Assembly (NCBI GenBank): GCA_963755915.1
Contig: CAVWLP010000002.1
Span: 3,296,001-3,360,000 of the forward strand
DNA length: 64,000 bases
Direction: 5' to 3'
Origin: an uncultured Phycisphaerales bacterium
Lineage (GTDB): Bacteria; Planctomycetota; Phycisphaerae; Tepidisphaerales; Tepidisphaeraceae
How positions within the stretch are numbered: the first letter of the stretch is position 1; each line of letters begins with the position of its first letter. Position numbers and translations under genes: made by a program. This document shows, in pieces, positions 54,634 through 64,000 of the stretch. Below the pieces are notes generated by a model. It was not told where the DNA came from and did not search any database. It worked only from the letters and a program-made list of their open reading frames with translations.

Positions 54634-54790
54634 ACCCCGGCGGTAAATCGCACTCTGACGCTCTTTTTGGCACTTCCCTAAGCAATCTATCTCCGGCACT
54701 GCTCAGATTCGTCTATTTTCTTCCGATAGAGAATAGGTGGGGCTTTCGCACCCGCCCGATTATCGGACGCAGAAAAGGACGTAACGGATC

Positions 54791-55408
54791 ATGGCCGAAA
54801 AAGCGGAAAAGAAATCAGAGGCGTCGGCAGAAAAGAAGGCTCCAGCAAAAGGGGAAGCCGCCCCGGCGGCAGCCGCCGCGCCGGCAGCCAAGGGCGGGGG
54901 ATTCCTGACCAAATTACCCGTGCTCATCGGCGGGGTGATGTTCATCGAAGCCGTGGTGCTTTTCGCGGGATTCAAATTCCTGAACAGCGGCCCGAAAAAC
55001 GCCAACGCCGCCGACCTGACCACGCCGGAGAAGAAGGACGCCACCGGCGCCGACGCTTCGGCCTCTCCCGACGACAGCCCGACAGTCGAAATGCCCCTGC
55101 TTGAATCGCGCTTCCCCAACAAGCGCAGCGGCAAGAGTTATCTGTATGACGTCAAAATCGTCCTCTCCGTGAAGAAAGAATTCGCGGACAAGGTAAAAGC
55201 GATAATTGGCGAGCACGACGCCTTGATTCAGGACCGCGTGCGGACCATAATTGCGGAGTCCGATCCCGACAAACTCGGGGGCGGATCCGAGCCGGGCCTG
55301 GAAACCCTCCGCCGGCAGGTGAAATATCAGTTGGATGAGATCGTCGGTGATGGAATGATCGACGATGTTTTGGTTCCGCAGTGCATTTCGTTCCCTGCGG
55401 ACTACTAA
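54791..55408 (+). CDS. fliL: Flagellar basal body-associated protein FliL
   Basis: Charged N-terminus, single TM, IQDRVRTII and LRRQVK; position before fliN. Confidence 0.75.
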   Translation: MAEKAEKKSEASAEKKAPAKGEAAPAAAAAPAAKGGGFLTKLPVLIGGVMFIEAVVLFAGFKFLNSGPKNANAADLTTPEKKDATGADASASPDDSPTVEMPLLESRFPNKRSGKSYLYDVKIVLSVKKEFADKVKAIIGEHDALIQDRVRTIIAESDPDKLGGGSEPGLETLRRQVKYQLDEIVGDGMIDDVLVPQCISFPADY

Positions 55409-55453
55409 AGGCGCGACTGATTGCCGCGTCAAATTCACCAAGGATGGTGACCC

Positions 55454-56131
55454 ATGGCCCCAGGCGATTCTCAATCGCAGCCACCCCCCGCTGATCCCCA
55501 ACCGCAGCCACCCGCCGATGCTCCTGCCGCGCCCGCGGAACCCGCGCCTCCGCAACCGGCGCCTGCACAGGCAGCCGCGCCCGAGCCCGCTGCCGCAGCA
55601 GCGCCGGCTGAACCAGCCCCCGCAGCAGCAGCCCCCGCCGAAGCAGCGCCGGCAGAAGCTGAAGCCGCCGCATTGAGTCAGGATTCGATCGACGCACTAC
55701 TGAAACAAGCCAACTTCGACAGCCCCGACGCCGCCGAAACCGACGGCAAGGGCCCATCCGTCGAGGAACTCCTCAAGCAGGCCAATTTCGAAGACGGCAA
55801 CGGCGGCGAACTTCCCGGCGCCGATGCCGAGGCGTTCAAGCTCCCCAGCTTCCAGCAGGTGATGGCGGACGCCCAGGTCTCCAGCATCGATCTGCTTCGG
55901 GATGTCGAGCTAAACGTAAAGATTGAGCTTGGCCGCAGCCGGATGCTCGTGGATGAGGTTCTGAAGCTCAGCGAAGGGAGCGTGGTGGAGCTCGACAAGC
56001 TGGCCGGCGATCCCGTCGATGTTTTCGTGAACGATCGCCTCGTTGCCCGCGGCGAAGTACTGGTCCTCAACGACAATTTCTGTGTCCGCGTGAACGAAAT
56101 CGTCCCCGCCGCCAAAGAGGAGGCGATGTGA
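55454..56131 (+). CDS. fliN: Flagellar motor switch protein FliN with long N-terminal extension
   Basis: [31 protein letters not shown] and [16 protein letters not shown]. Confidence 0.93.
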   Translation: MAPGDSQSQPPPADPQPQPPADAPAAPAEPAPPQPAPAQAAAPEPAAAAAPAEPAPAAAAPAEAAPAEAEAAALSQDSIDALLKQANFDSPDAAETDGKGPSVEELLKQANFEDGNGGELPGADAEAFKLPSFQQVMADAQVSSIDLLRDVELNVKIELGRSRMLVDEVLKLSEGSVVELDKLAGDPVDVFVNDRLVARGEVLVLNDNFCVRVNEIVPAAKEEAM

Positions 56132-56802
56132 TCTCTTCGCTGGGCCTGCGCCGCGCGATCACGATCGGCGTGGTTCTTTTCCTTGCCACAGCCGTAAAAT
56201 CCTTCGCCGCCGCGGCATTGCCGACGGACGAACAGCTCGAATCCGCCCCCGTTGGCATCGATGCTTCTTCCAGCTCGGCGGCAAAATTCAACGCCGCACC
56301 CGGCTCCGCCAGTTCATTCGACATCCCGCACGTTCTGCTGGCCCTCACCGTCGTCCTCGGCCTGATTTTCCTCATGCGTGCCGCGGTGCGCCGGATCGTT
56401 CCCGGGGCAGTCGTCCATCGCTCATCATCAGCGGTCAAAATCGTCGCCCGAACCGCCATCGCGCCGCGCCAGCACCTGCTGGTGATCCAATTCGGCAAGC
56501 GCCTGATTCTTGTGGGCGACACCGGCGCAAACCTCAACAGCTTGTGTGAGGTAACCGATCCGGACGAAGTCGCCGCCATTGTCGCTCGCGCCGCCGAGGA
56601 GACGATTTCCGTCGCCCGGCGTTTCGAATCCCTCTTCGGCCGCGCCCGCAAGGAATTTTCGGAGGAGACGGCCGAGCCGGAGACGTTCGACGCCAGCAAT
56701 GAAATCGCGGCGAGTAGCCCGACGATAGACGAAACGAAAAAAGAGCTGGCGGGGCTGCGCGAAAAAGTGCGCGAAGTCGCCCAGCAATTTGGTCGCGCAT
56801 AA
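56128..56802 (+). CDS. fliO: Flagellar biosynthesis protein FliO
   Basis: [11 protein letters not shown] and [28 protein letters not shown]. Confidence 0.85.
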   Translation: MISSLGLRRAITIGVVLFLATAVKSFAAAALPTDEQLESAPVGIDASSSSAAKFNAAPGSASSFDIPHVLLALTVVLGLIFLMRAAVRRIVPGAVVHRSSSAVKIVARTAIAPRQHLLVIQFGKRLILVGDTGANLNSLCEVTDPDEVAAIVARAAEETISVARRFESLFGRARKEFSEETAEPETFDASNEIAASSPTIDETKKELAGLREKVREVAQQFGRA

Positions 56803-56912
56803 TTTGCGCCGCTGCCCTCAGGAAAATTTCCGGCGAAAATTTTCAACTTTTCGCGCTTAACGCTACCGCTTGCGCATATCGCGTGTTATAAACGCCGTCG
56901 CTTTACGACACG

Positions 56913-57740
56913 ATGAGAAAGGATGCTCTCGTGAATCAGTTTCTATGGGGTACTTGCGCGGTTTGCGTTCTTATTTTTGCAGGCATCGCCCGCGCTGACG
57001 ACACCTCAACTGCAATCACCACAAACACTCCTTCCGCAACGACTGACAATCCATTTGCTTCCGTTCAGCACGCGCTGCCGGATCTCTCCAATCGCGAAAA
57101 CTTTTCCTCCGCGATGCAGATCATCGTCCTGCTGACGGTGCTTTCCCTCGCGCCGGCCATCCTGCTGATGATGACCAGCTTCACGCGCATCGTCATCGTC
57201 TTTGCACTTTTGCGTCAGGCGATGGGCACACAGCAGTTGCCGCCGAATCAGATCCTCGTCGGCCTCGCGATGTTCATGACGTTTCTGGTCATGTCCCCAA
57301 CCTGGCAACGGGTGAACGACACGGCGATTCAGCCTTACATGAGCGGCAAACTGTCTCAGGTCGAGGCGCTGGGCGCGGCCCAGGTTCCGGTGCGCGATTT
57401 CATGATCAACCAGATCCGCCAGTGTCATAACGAAACCGACGTCGATCTTTTCATGCAATTCGCCCACCAGCCGCGGGCCAATACATTCCGCGATGTGGGC
57501 ACCATGACCCTCGTCCCGGCCTTCATGCTCAGCGAATTGAAAACGGCCTTTCTCCTGGGCTTTCGCGTCTATCTTCCGTTCGTCATCATCGACATGGTGA
57601 TTTCTTCGGTCCTGGTGAGCATGGGCATGATGATGCTGCCCCCAGTGCTCATTTCGATGCCGTTCAAGCTATTGCTTTTTGTTCTCGTAAACGGCTGGCA
57701 CTTGATTACGGCCAGCCTGATGGGTAGTTTTGTCATGTGA
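56913..57740 (+). CDS. fliP: Flagellar export gate FliP
   Basis: [31 protein letters not shown] and MGMMMLPP. Confidence 0.97.
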   Translation: MRKDALVNQFLWGTCAVCVLIFAGIARADDTSTAITTNTPSATTDNPFASVQHALPDLSNRENFSSAMQIIVLLTVLSLAPAILLMMTSFTRIVIVFALLRQAMGTQQLPPNQILVGLAMFMTFLVMSPTWQRVNDTAIQPYMSGKLSQVEALGAAQVPVRDFMINQIRQCHNETDVDLFMQFAHQPRANTFRDVGTMTLVPAFMLSELKTAFLLGFRVYLPFVIIDMVISSVLVSMGMMMLPPVLISMPFKLLLFVLVNGWHLITASLMGSFVM

Positions 57741-57783
57741 AGCCCAAGGATGGGCCTCGCAGTGAACTCAAGGATGGGTGTGC

Positions 57784-58047
57784 ATGTCCACCGAGCAAGC
57801 CTCCGAACTGATCCGCAATACGCTTCTTCTGGCGCTGGTGATCTCGTCGCCAATGCTTGTCATCGGGTTGATCGTCGGCATCATCATCTCGCTGCTCCAG
57901 GCCCTCACCCAGATTCAGGAGCAGACGCTCACCTTTATTCCCAAGATCGTTTCGATGGTGGTGGCGGCTATTGCGCTGATGCCGTGGATGAGCCACCGCC
58001 TCATGCAATACGCCATGGACATGTTCACCAACGGGCACGTGCGATGA
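57784..58047 (+). CDS. fliQ: Flagellar export gate FliQ
   Basis: QALTQIQEQTLTFIPK. Confidence 0.96.
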   Translation: MSTEQASELIRNTLLLALVISSPMLVIGLIVGIIISLLQALTQIQEQTLTFIPKIVSMVVAAIALMPWMSHRLMQYAMDMFTNGHVR

Positions 58048-58056
58048 AGCGTTTTT

Positions 58057-58824
58057 ATGATCCAATCCGCGATCAATTTCGTTCCGATCTACGTGCTGGT
58101 GCTCTTTCGCATCGCCGGAATGATGATCTGGGCGCCGCTGCTCGGCAGCCAGCAGATTCCGCGGCGGGTGAAAGCGATGATCGCCATCGTCCTTTCCGCC
58201 TCGATCGCGCCGATGCTTCACGTCAACATCGAAATGCCTCAGAGTTCCTGGGACCTGGCGGTGGCCATCGCCGGCGAAATCGTTTTCGGCGCCGCCATCG
58301 GTTTCATCCTCAGTCTGGTCTTCATCGGCGGCCAGTGGGCCGGCGAAATGATCGGGCAGCAGATGGGCCTGAATCTCGGCCAAACCCTCAACCCCCAGTA
58401 CGGCGGCGGCGGGGCGGTCGTCAGCGACCTCTACTTCTTCCTTTCGCTGCTGATCTTTCTCTCCATCGGCGGCCACATGGCGCTGGTCAAGGCCGTTTTC
58501 GACAGCTTTGCTTCGCTGCCCCTGCTTTCGGTGTCGCTGAGCCATTCCCTCTTCAACCTGATTGTTTCGGTGTTTCAGGCCGCGGTGGTTCTCGCGCTGC
58601 AGTTGTCGGCGCCGATGCTGGTGACGATGCTCATCGTCGATCTGGTCCTCGGATTCGTCGGCAAAACAGTTCCCCAGCTCAACATCATGACCGCCGGCAT
58701 CTCCATTCGCGCGCTGGTGGGAATGATGGTTCTTATCGTCGGCCTGGGTCTTACAAGTTCGATTATCCGCTACAACCTGCTCATCGCGATGAGGCAAGTG
58801 TGGCAGGCGTATCAGACGCATTGA
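58057..58824 (+). CDS. fliR: Flagellar export gate FliR
   Basis: FRIAG, AGEMIGQQMGL, GGH and VPQLNI. Confidence 0.95.
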   Translation: MIQSAINFVPIYVLVLFRIAGMMIWAPLLGSQQIPRRVKAMIAIVLSASIAPMLHVNIEMPQSSWDLAVAIAGEIVFGAAIGFILSLVFIGGQWAGEMIGQQMGLNLGQTLNPQYGGGGAVVSDLYFFLSLLIFLSIGGHMALVKAVFDSFASLPLLSVSLSHSLFNLIVSVFQAAVVLALQLSAPMLVTMLIVDLVLGFVGKTVPQLNIMTAGISIRALVGMMVLIVGLGLTSSIIRYNLLIAMRQVWQAYQTH

Positions 58825-58839
58825 AGGGCGTTTTGAAGC

Positions 58840-59941
58840 ATGGCTGAATCCGAAGGCGACAAAACCGAAGCCCCGACGGCGCGGCGACGCACCGAAGCCC
58901 GCCAGCAGGGAAACATCGCCCGCAGTCACGACCTCACCAGCTCCGTCCTCCTGGTAGGGGGGCTGCTGCTGATGAAATGGTTTGGCTCCGGCATCATTTT
59001 CTCCCTCCGCGACATCGTGCGCGAAATGCTCTCCGCGACGTCGCTCTCGGATTTCACCACCGGCATGATTGGCGAGCAGGTCGTCCAATACCTTCACGCC
59101 GTCGGCATGGCACTGCTCCCGCTGCTTGGCGGGGCGATGATCCTGGTCATCGTTACCAACCTCGCCCAGGTAGGATTCAATTTCAGCCCGCAGCGCCTCG
59201 CGATCAACTTCGGCGCTCTCAACCCTGTCCGCGGCTTCAGCAAAATCTTCGCCTTCCGGCAGGGGGGCGTTCAACTGCTTCTGAACATGGCCAAGCTTGT
59301 CCTGGTTACCCTGGTCGCCTGGTCGGCCATCGCCAATCGCCTTGGACAGATCATCGGCGTCCAGCAGCTCACCACCCTCCAGATCTTCGGGCTTGGCGCC
59401 GACATGGTCTTCGGCATCGGCATTCGCGTCGGCGTGCTCCTCTTCATCCTCGCGATCATCGACTACATCAACCAGCGATTCCGCGTCGAACGCTCGCTGC
59501 GCATGACCAAGTCCGAAGTGAAAGACGAAATGCGCAGCATGGAAGGCGATCCCATGACCAAGCAGCGCCGCCGCCAGATCGCCACCCAGCGGCACATGCA
59601 GCGACTGAAAAAAGAAGTCCCCAAGGCCGACGTGGTGGTCACCAATCCGACGCACTATGCCGTTGCGCTCAAGTACGACCAGACCAAAATGCGCGCCCCA
59701 AAGCTGGTGGCCAAGGGCGCCGATTTCATGGCCCAGCGCATCCGCTCACTCGCTTCCGAGGCCGGCATTCCCATCGTCGAGCGTCCGCCGCTGGCTCGCG
59801 CGATCTATCGCATGGTCGAAGTCGGCGAGGAAATCCCCGAGGAATTTTACAGCCGTCGTGGCCGAAATCCTCGCCTACGTCTACGAACTGTCCGGAAAAC
59901 AACTGGTGGCGACCCGAACCGCGCGTGCCGTACCGACCTAA
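58840..59941 (+). CDS. flhB: Flagellar export protein FlhB (frameshift ~59855)
   Basis: DKTEAPTARR, EGDP, autocleavage motif TNPTHYAVAL; C-terminal VAEILAYVY in a shifted frame. Confidence 0.95.
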
Positions 59942-59945
59942 TTAA

Positions 59946-62055
59946 ATGGCGTCCATTGCTGCCCATCCCGCCTTCGTCAAGCTTCGCGAAAACCGCGGGA
60001 TGATCTTCCCCATCGCCTTCATCAGCCTCGTGCTGGTGATCCTCGTTCCGCTGCCCACGCAGGTGCTCGACATTCTGCTCTGCTTCAACATCACCCTGTC
60101 GATCATCGTCTTGGTGACGACGATTTACGTCTCCAGCGCCCTGGAACTGGCGGTCTTCCCATCCCTGCTACTGGCCCTGACGCTCTTTCGCCTGGTGCTG
60201 AATGTTGCGACGGTTCGGCTGATTCTCACCGCGGGCGATCGCGCCGGCGACGCCAACACCGCCATGACCAGCGCCGGCGAGGTGATCTACACCTTCTCCG
60301 ATTTCGTCACCAAGGGTTCGCTCGCCGTCGGCGTCATCATCTTCATCATCATCGTCGTCATTCAGTTTGCCGTCATCACCAAGGGCGCTACGCGAATCTC
60401 AGAAGTCGCCGCCCGATTCACCTTGGACGCCATGCCCGGCAAGCAGATGGCTATCGACGCCGATCTCAACGCCGGCACCATCAACGAAGCCGAGGCCAGA
60501 AAACGCCGTTCTGACGTTTCCCAGGAAGCCGACTTCTACGGCGCCATGGACGGTGCCAGCAAATTCGTCCGCGGCGACGCCGTCGCCGGCATCATCATCA
60601 CCTTCGTCAACGTTCTCGGCGGCCTCTACGTCGGAATGTTCGAGCACAACTGGGGCCTGCTCGATTGCCTCCAGCTCTACACCAAGCTAAGCATCGGCGA
60701 CGGCCTTGCCAGCCAGGTGCCCGCGTTCATCGTCTCTCTTGCCGCCGGCCTGATCGTCACCCGCACCAGCAGCAAGAACAATCTCGGCGAGGAAGTGCTC
60801 AACCAGCTCTTCGCCAAGCCCAAGGCCCTTGATCATCGCCTGCATCTTCATCATCCTGATGATGTTCACCGGCCTGCCGAAGGTTCCACTGATGATCCTC
60901 GGCTCCTGCTGCGGCGCACTTTCGTTCACACTCTCCCGCAACCAGCAGAAAGCCGCCAAGGCCGCCGCGGCAAAGGAAAAAGAAAAGACCGCCAAGAAAG
61001 AGCCGGAGAAAGTCGAAAAACTCCTCGACCTCGACACGATGGAGCTTGAAGTCGGCTACGGCCTGGTGAAATTGGTCGATGCGTCCAAGGGCGGCGATCT
61101 GCTCGACCGCATCAGCATGATCCGCCGGCAGGTCGCCATCGACCTGGGCATCATCGTGCCCCCGGTCCGCATTCGCGACAACATCCAGCTCGGCGCCAAC
61201 GATTATCGTCGTTCGTATCAAGGGCCAGGTCGTCGGCAAGGGCGTCGCCTATCCCGAACAATTCCTGGCGATGGACAACGGCGCCACCTCCGGCCCCATC
61301 GCCGGCGCGACCCAAACCACCGAACCCGCCTTCGGCCTTCCCGCCTACTGGATCACCGAATCCCAGCGCCAGCAGGCGGAAGTGCACAATTACACCGTCG
61401 TCGAAGCCACCGCCGTCATCGCGACGCATCTCACGGAGCTGATCAAGAGCCACGCTTACGAGTTACTGACGCGCCAGGCCGTGAAGAATCTCTCGACAAT
61501 CTCAAGAACCGCGTCCCCGCCCTGGTCGAAGAAGTCATTCCCACGCAGGTCAAACCGGGCGAACTGCAGAAGGTGATGCAAAACCTCCTCCGCGAGCGCG
61601 TGCCCGTCCGCGATCTGGAAACAATCCTCGAAACCCTCGGCGATTACGCCGCTCGCACCAAGGACCTGGAAGTCCTCAGCGAATATGTCCGCCACGCACT
61701 GGCGCGCACGATCTGCAAGCAATACGTCGACGAGCGCGACAAGCTCTGGTGCCTCACGCTCGATCCCGCCGATGGAGGAAGTCATCAACAGCCACCTGGA
61801 GCGCAGCGATCGCGGCACCAGCAACACCCTCGCCCCGCAAACCGCCCAGCAGATCGTCCAGCAGATCGTCGCCAAGTCCTCAGAGCTGACGCAGGCGGGG
61901 CGTTCAGCCGTGCTTGCTGTGCGGCCCGCAGATTCGCAGCGCCGTCCGCCGAATGATCGAAAACAGCGCCGCCGCAGCTGGCCGTGCTGGGGTACAACGA
62001 AATTGTCCCCGAGGTGACGGTCGAAGCCGTCGCTTTGGTGGGAATGAATGGGTAG
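59946..62055 (+). CDS. flhA: Flagellar export protein FlhA (several frameshifts)
   Basis: FPSLLL, RISEVAARFTLDAMPGKQMAIDADL, FYGAMDGASKFVRGD, VRIRDN, EPAFG, LLRERVPVRD and LGYNEI. Confidence 0.95.
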
Positions 62056-62074
62056 GCATCGAATGGAAAAGGCT

Positions 62075-63256
62075 ATGGACTACAGGACATTTCAAGGCAC
62101 CACGATGAGCGCGGCCCTGGCCGAGGTCAAACAGGAACTCGGCCCGCAGGCCGTCATCCTGCAGACGCGCAGCTACGTGAAAAATCGCTGGCTGGGCCTG
62201 CGCCGGCGGGAAATCTTCGAAATCACCGCCGGTCGCGACGTCCGCAGCCCAGTCGATCCCGCGCAATTCGTCGCCCGCAGCCCGCTCCCAAGCCGCCGCT
62301 CCAATCGACCCTCGATTCGCGCCGCCAGCTCCTCGAAATCCCCGCCGGCCAAAATGCCGCGATGCTCGGACTCTTCCAGGAAATGTCCGGCCTCAAGACG
62401 ATGCGTCAAGGATCTCGTCGCCCATGCCGACCGCACCGCGGCTCCCGCACATTCCCGAGGAACTGTTCGCCTACTACTCCAGCTCATCCAGAACCAGGTC
62501 GCCGAGGAATTGGCCGGCGGACATGATCAAAACCCTTCAGCGGCAAATCCGCCCCGAGCACGCTCGACCAGGCGGAATTCGTCCGCTCCAAACTCGCCGA
62601 GCAGATCGAACGACATCCTGCCCGCCTCCGGCCCCATCGTCCGCACCAAAACCACCGGCCCCACGTCGTCGCCCTGATCGGCCCCACCGGCGTCGGCAAA
62701 ACCACCACCCTCGCCAAGCTTGCCGCCAATCTCAAGCTCCGCGAAAAACGCCGCGTCGGACTGATCACCCTCGACACCTATCGCATCGCCGCCATCGACC
62801 AGCTCAGAAAATACGCCGACATCATCGGCTCCCCCCTGAAAGTCGTCGCCACCGGCGAAGAACTCTCCGCCGCCGTCGCCCGATGAGCGACTGCGAATTC
62901 ATCCTCATCGACACCGCCGGCCGCAGCCCCAACGACGCCCTGAAGCTCAGCGAACTGAAAGGCCTCCTCGCCGCCGCCGCACCCCGATGAGGTTCACCTG
63001 GTCCTCTCCACCACCGCCAGCCAGAAATGCGTCGAGCTGGCGATCGCCCGTTTCGGCGAAGTTCGCGTCGACAAGATCATTTTCACCAAGCTCGACGAGG
63101 CGGCCCACGTCGGCGTCGTCCTCAACGTCGTTCATAAGGTCAACAAGAGCCTGTCATACGTCACGACCGGCCAGGACGTTCCCGACGACATCGAAGTCGG
63201 CCAGGCGCGGCGGCTGGCTCAACTGATCCTCTCCAATTCGCCACGGCCGCTATTAA
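62075..63256 (+). CDS. flhF: SRP-family GTPase FlhF (several frameshifts; 3' end approximate)
   Basis: [45 protein letters not shown] and GQDVPDDI across frames. Confidence 0.9.
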
Positions 63257-63300
63257 TCATGGGAAATCACAAGCAGCTCCAACGATCGAGGAAAACGCCA

Positions 63301-64000
63301 ATGTCCATCATGATCGATCAGGCCAGCACAACTGCGGCGAATTACGCACGCCAAGTCAGCCCGCGCCACCGTCATCGCCGTCACCAGCGGCAAGGGCGGC
63401 GTGGGCAAAAGCAATATCGCCGTCAATCTGGCGATCAAGCTCGCCTCCGCCGGAAAACGCGTCGTTCTCATGGACGCCGACCTCGGCCTCGCCAACGCCG
63501 ATGTCCTCTGCAACATCGATCTCCCGTCCAATCTGTCGCACGTCATCTCGCGCAGAAACGCGAACTTGGCCGACGTGATGGTCGACGGCCCCGGCGGATT
63601 CCGACTCATCGGCGGCGCTTCGGGCCTGGCCCGTATGGCCGACCTCACCGACTACGACCGCCAGCGCCTCGTCACCGCCCTGGCCGAACTTGAAGCCCAG
63701 CAACGACATCATCCTGATCGACACCGGCGCCGGCATCAGCCCCAATGTCCTGAGCTTCACCCGCTGCGCCGACCAGGTCCTGGTGGTCACCACGCCCGAG
63801 CCTACCGCCATCACCGATGCCTATGCCGTCATCAAGGTCATCAGCCGCGATGCCCCCGATCGCCCGCTTAGCCTGCTGGTCAACCAGGTCCGCATCCCGG
63901 GCGAAGGCCAACTCGTTTACGAGCGCATCGCCAAAGTCGCCCGGCAATTCCTAGGCGTGCACGTGCTGGATGCAGGCTGCGTACCCTCCGACCCCGAAGT
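63301..64000 (+). CDS. flhG: MinD/ParA-family flagellar regulator FlhG/FleN (frameshifts; 3'-partial)
   Basis: DQA N-terminal motif, SGKGGVGKS, DADLGLAN, DTGAGI and TPEPTAITDAY. Confidence 0.9.

Noticed and set aside
54668-54685. Sigma-54 promoter before fliL (TGGCACTTCCCTAAGCA)
   Set aside because: GG-to-GC spacing is 11 nt instead of the strict 10; valid only if a base is a sequencing insertion.
57733-59655. Long antisense ORFs (640 aa here, also 18105..19115 and 42000..43127)
   Set aside because: Shadow frames of high-GC genes with clear sense-strand identities.
63181-63330. FlhF-FlhG fusion (the FlhF C-terminal frame runs into the flhG start)
   Set aside because: The region is indel-rich, a TAA lies one frame off at 63254-63256, and flhG has its own SD-like GAGG.

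Overview
Bacterial chromosomal segment, most likely a planctomycete of class Phycisphaerae (Tepidisphaerales-like). That assignment is inferred from a DUF1580-like excisionase, a dockerin-like/PEP-CTERM beta-helix protein and the gene order of the flagellar cluster. (1) Positions 1-17826 look like a genomic island anchored at the 3' end of tRNA-Pro(GGG). It carries a phage-satellite-like core (tyrosine integrase, hypothetical protein, excisionase-like HTH, RepB-primase/PriCT/helicase fusion) plus cargo: two oxidoreductases, two different IS21 elements, response regulators, a transglutaminase-like protein and a 5'-truncated dinB abutting a ~250-nt highly structured element. (2) Positions 18-35 kb hold purD, a PAP2 phosphatase, two exosortase-target proteins, a GNAT, a HEPN-motif protein, IS1380, a second near-identical IS21 copy, rsfS and a metallophosphoesterase. 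(3) Positions 35-64 kb hold an HTH/membrane protein, an OmpA/MotB-like lipoprotein, a TPR protein, FlgN, a sensor-less kinase with a sigma-54 activator, and a flagellar operon from flgB to flhG that lacks motAB and fliM here. Many genes are broken by single-base indels, which are probably long-read consensus errors, so split genes are reported with reconstructed and approximate ends. The best novelty candidates are an 87-nt covarying structured motif shared by the istB 3' ends of two divergent IS21s, the structured element at the dinB breakpoint, a FliN carrying a FliM-type CheY-binding peptide, and strand-skew domains independent of gene direction. All calls are by eye and motif recognition; no database searches were run.
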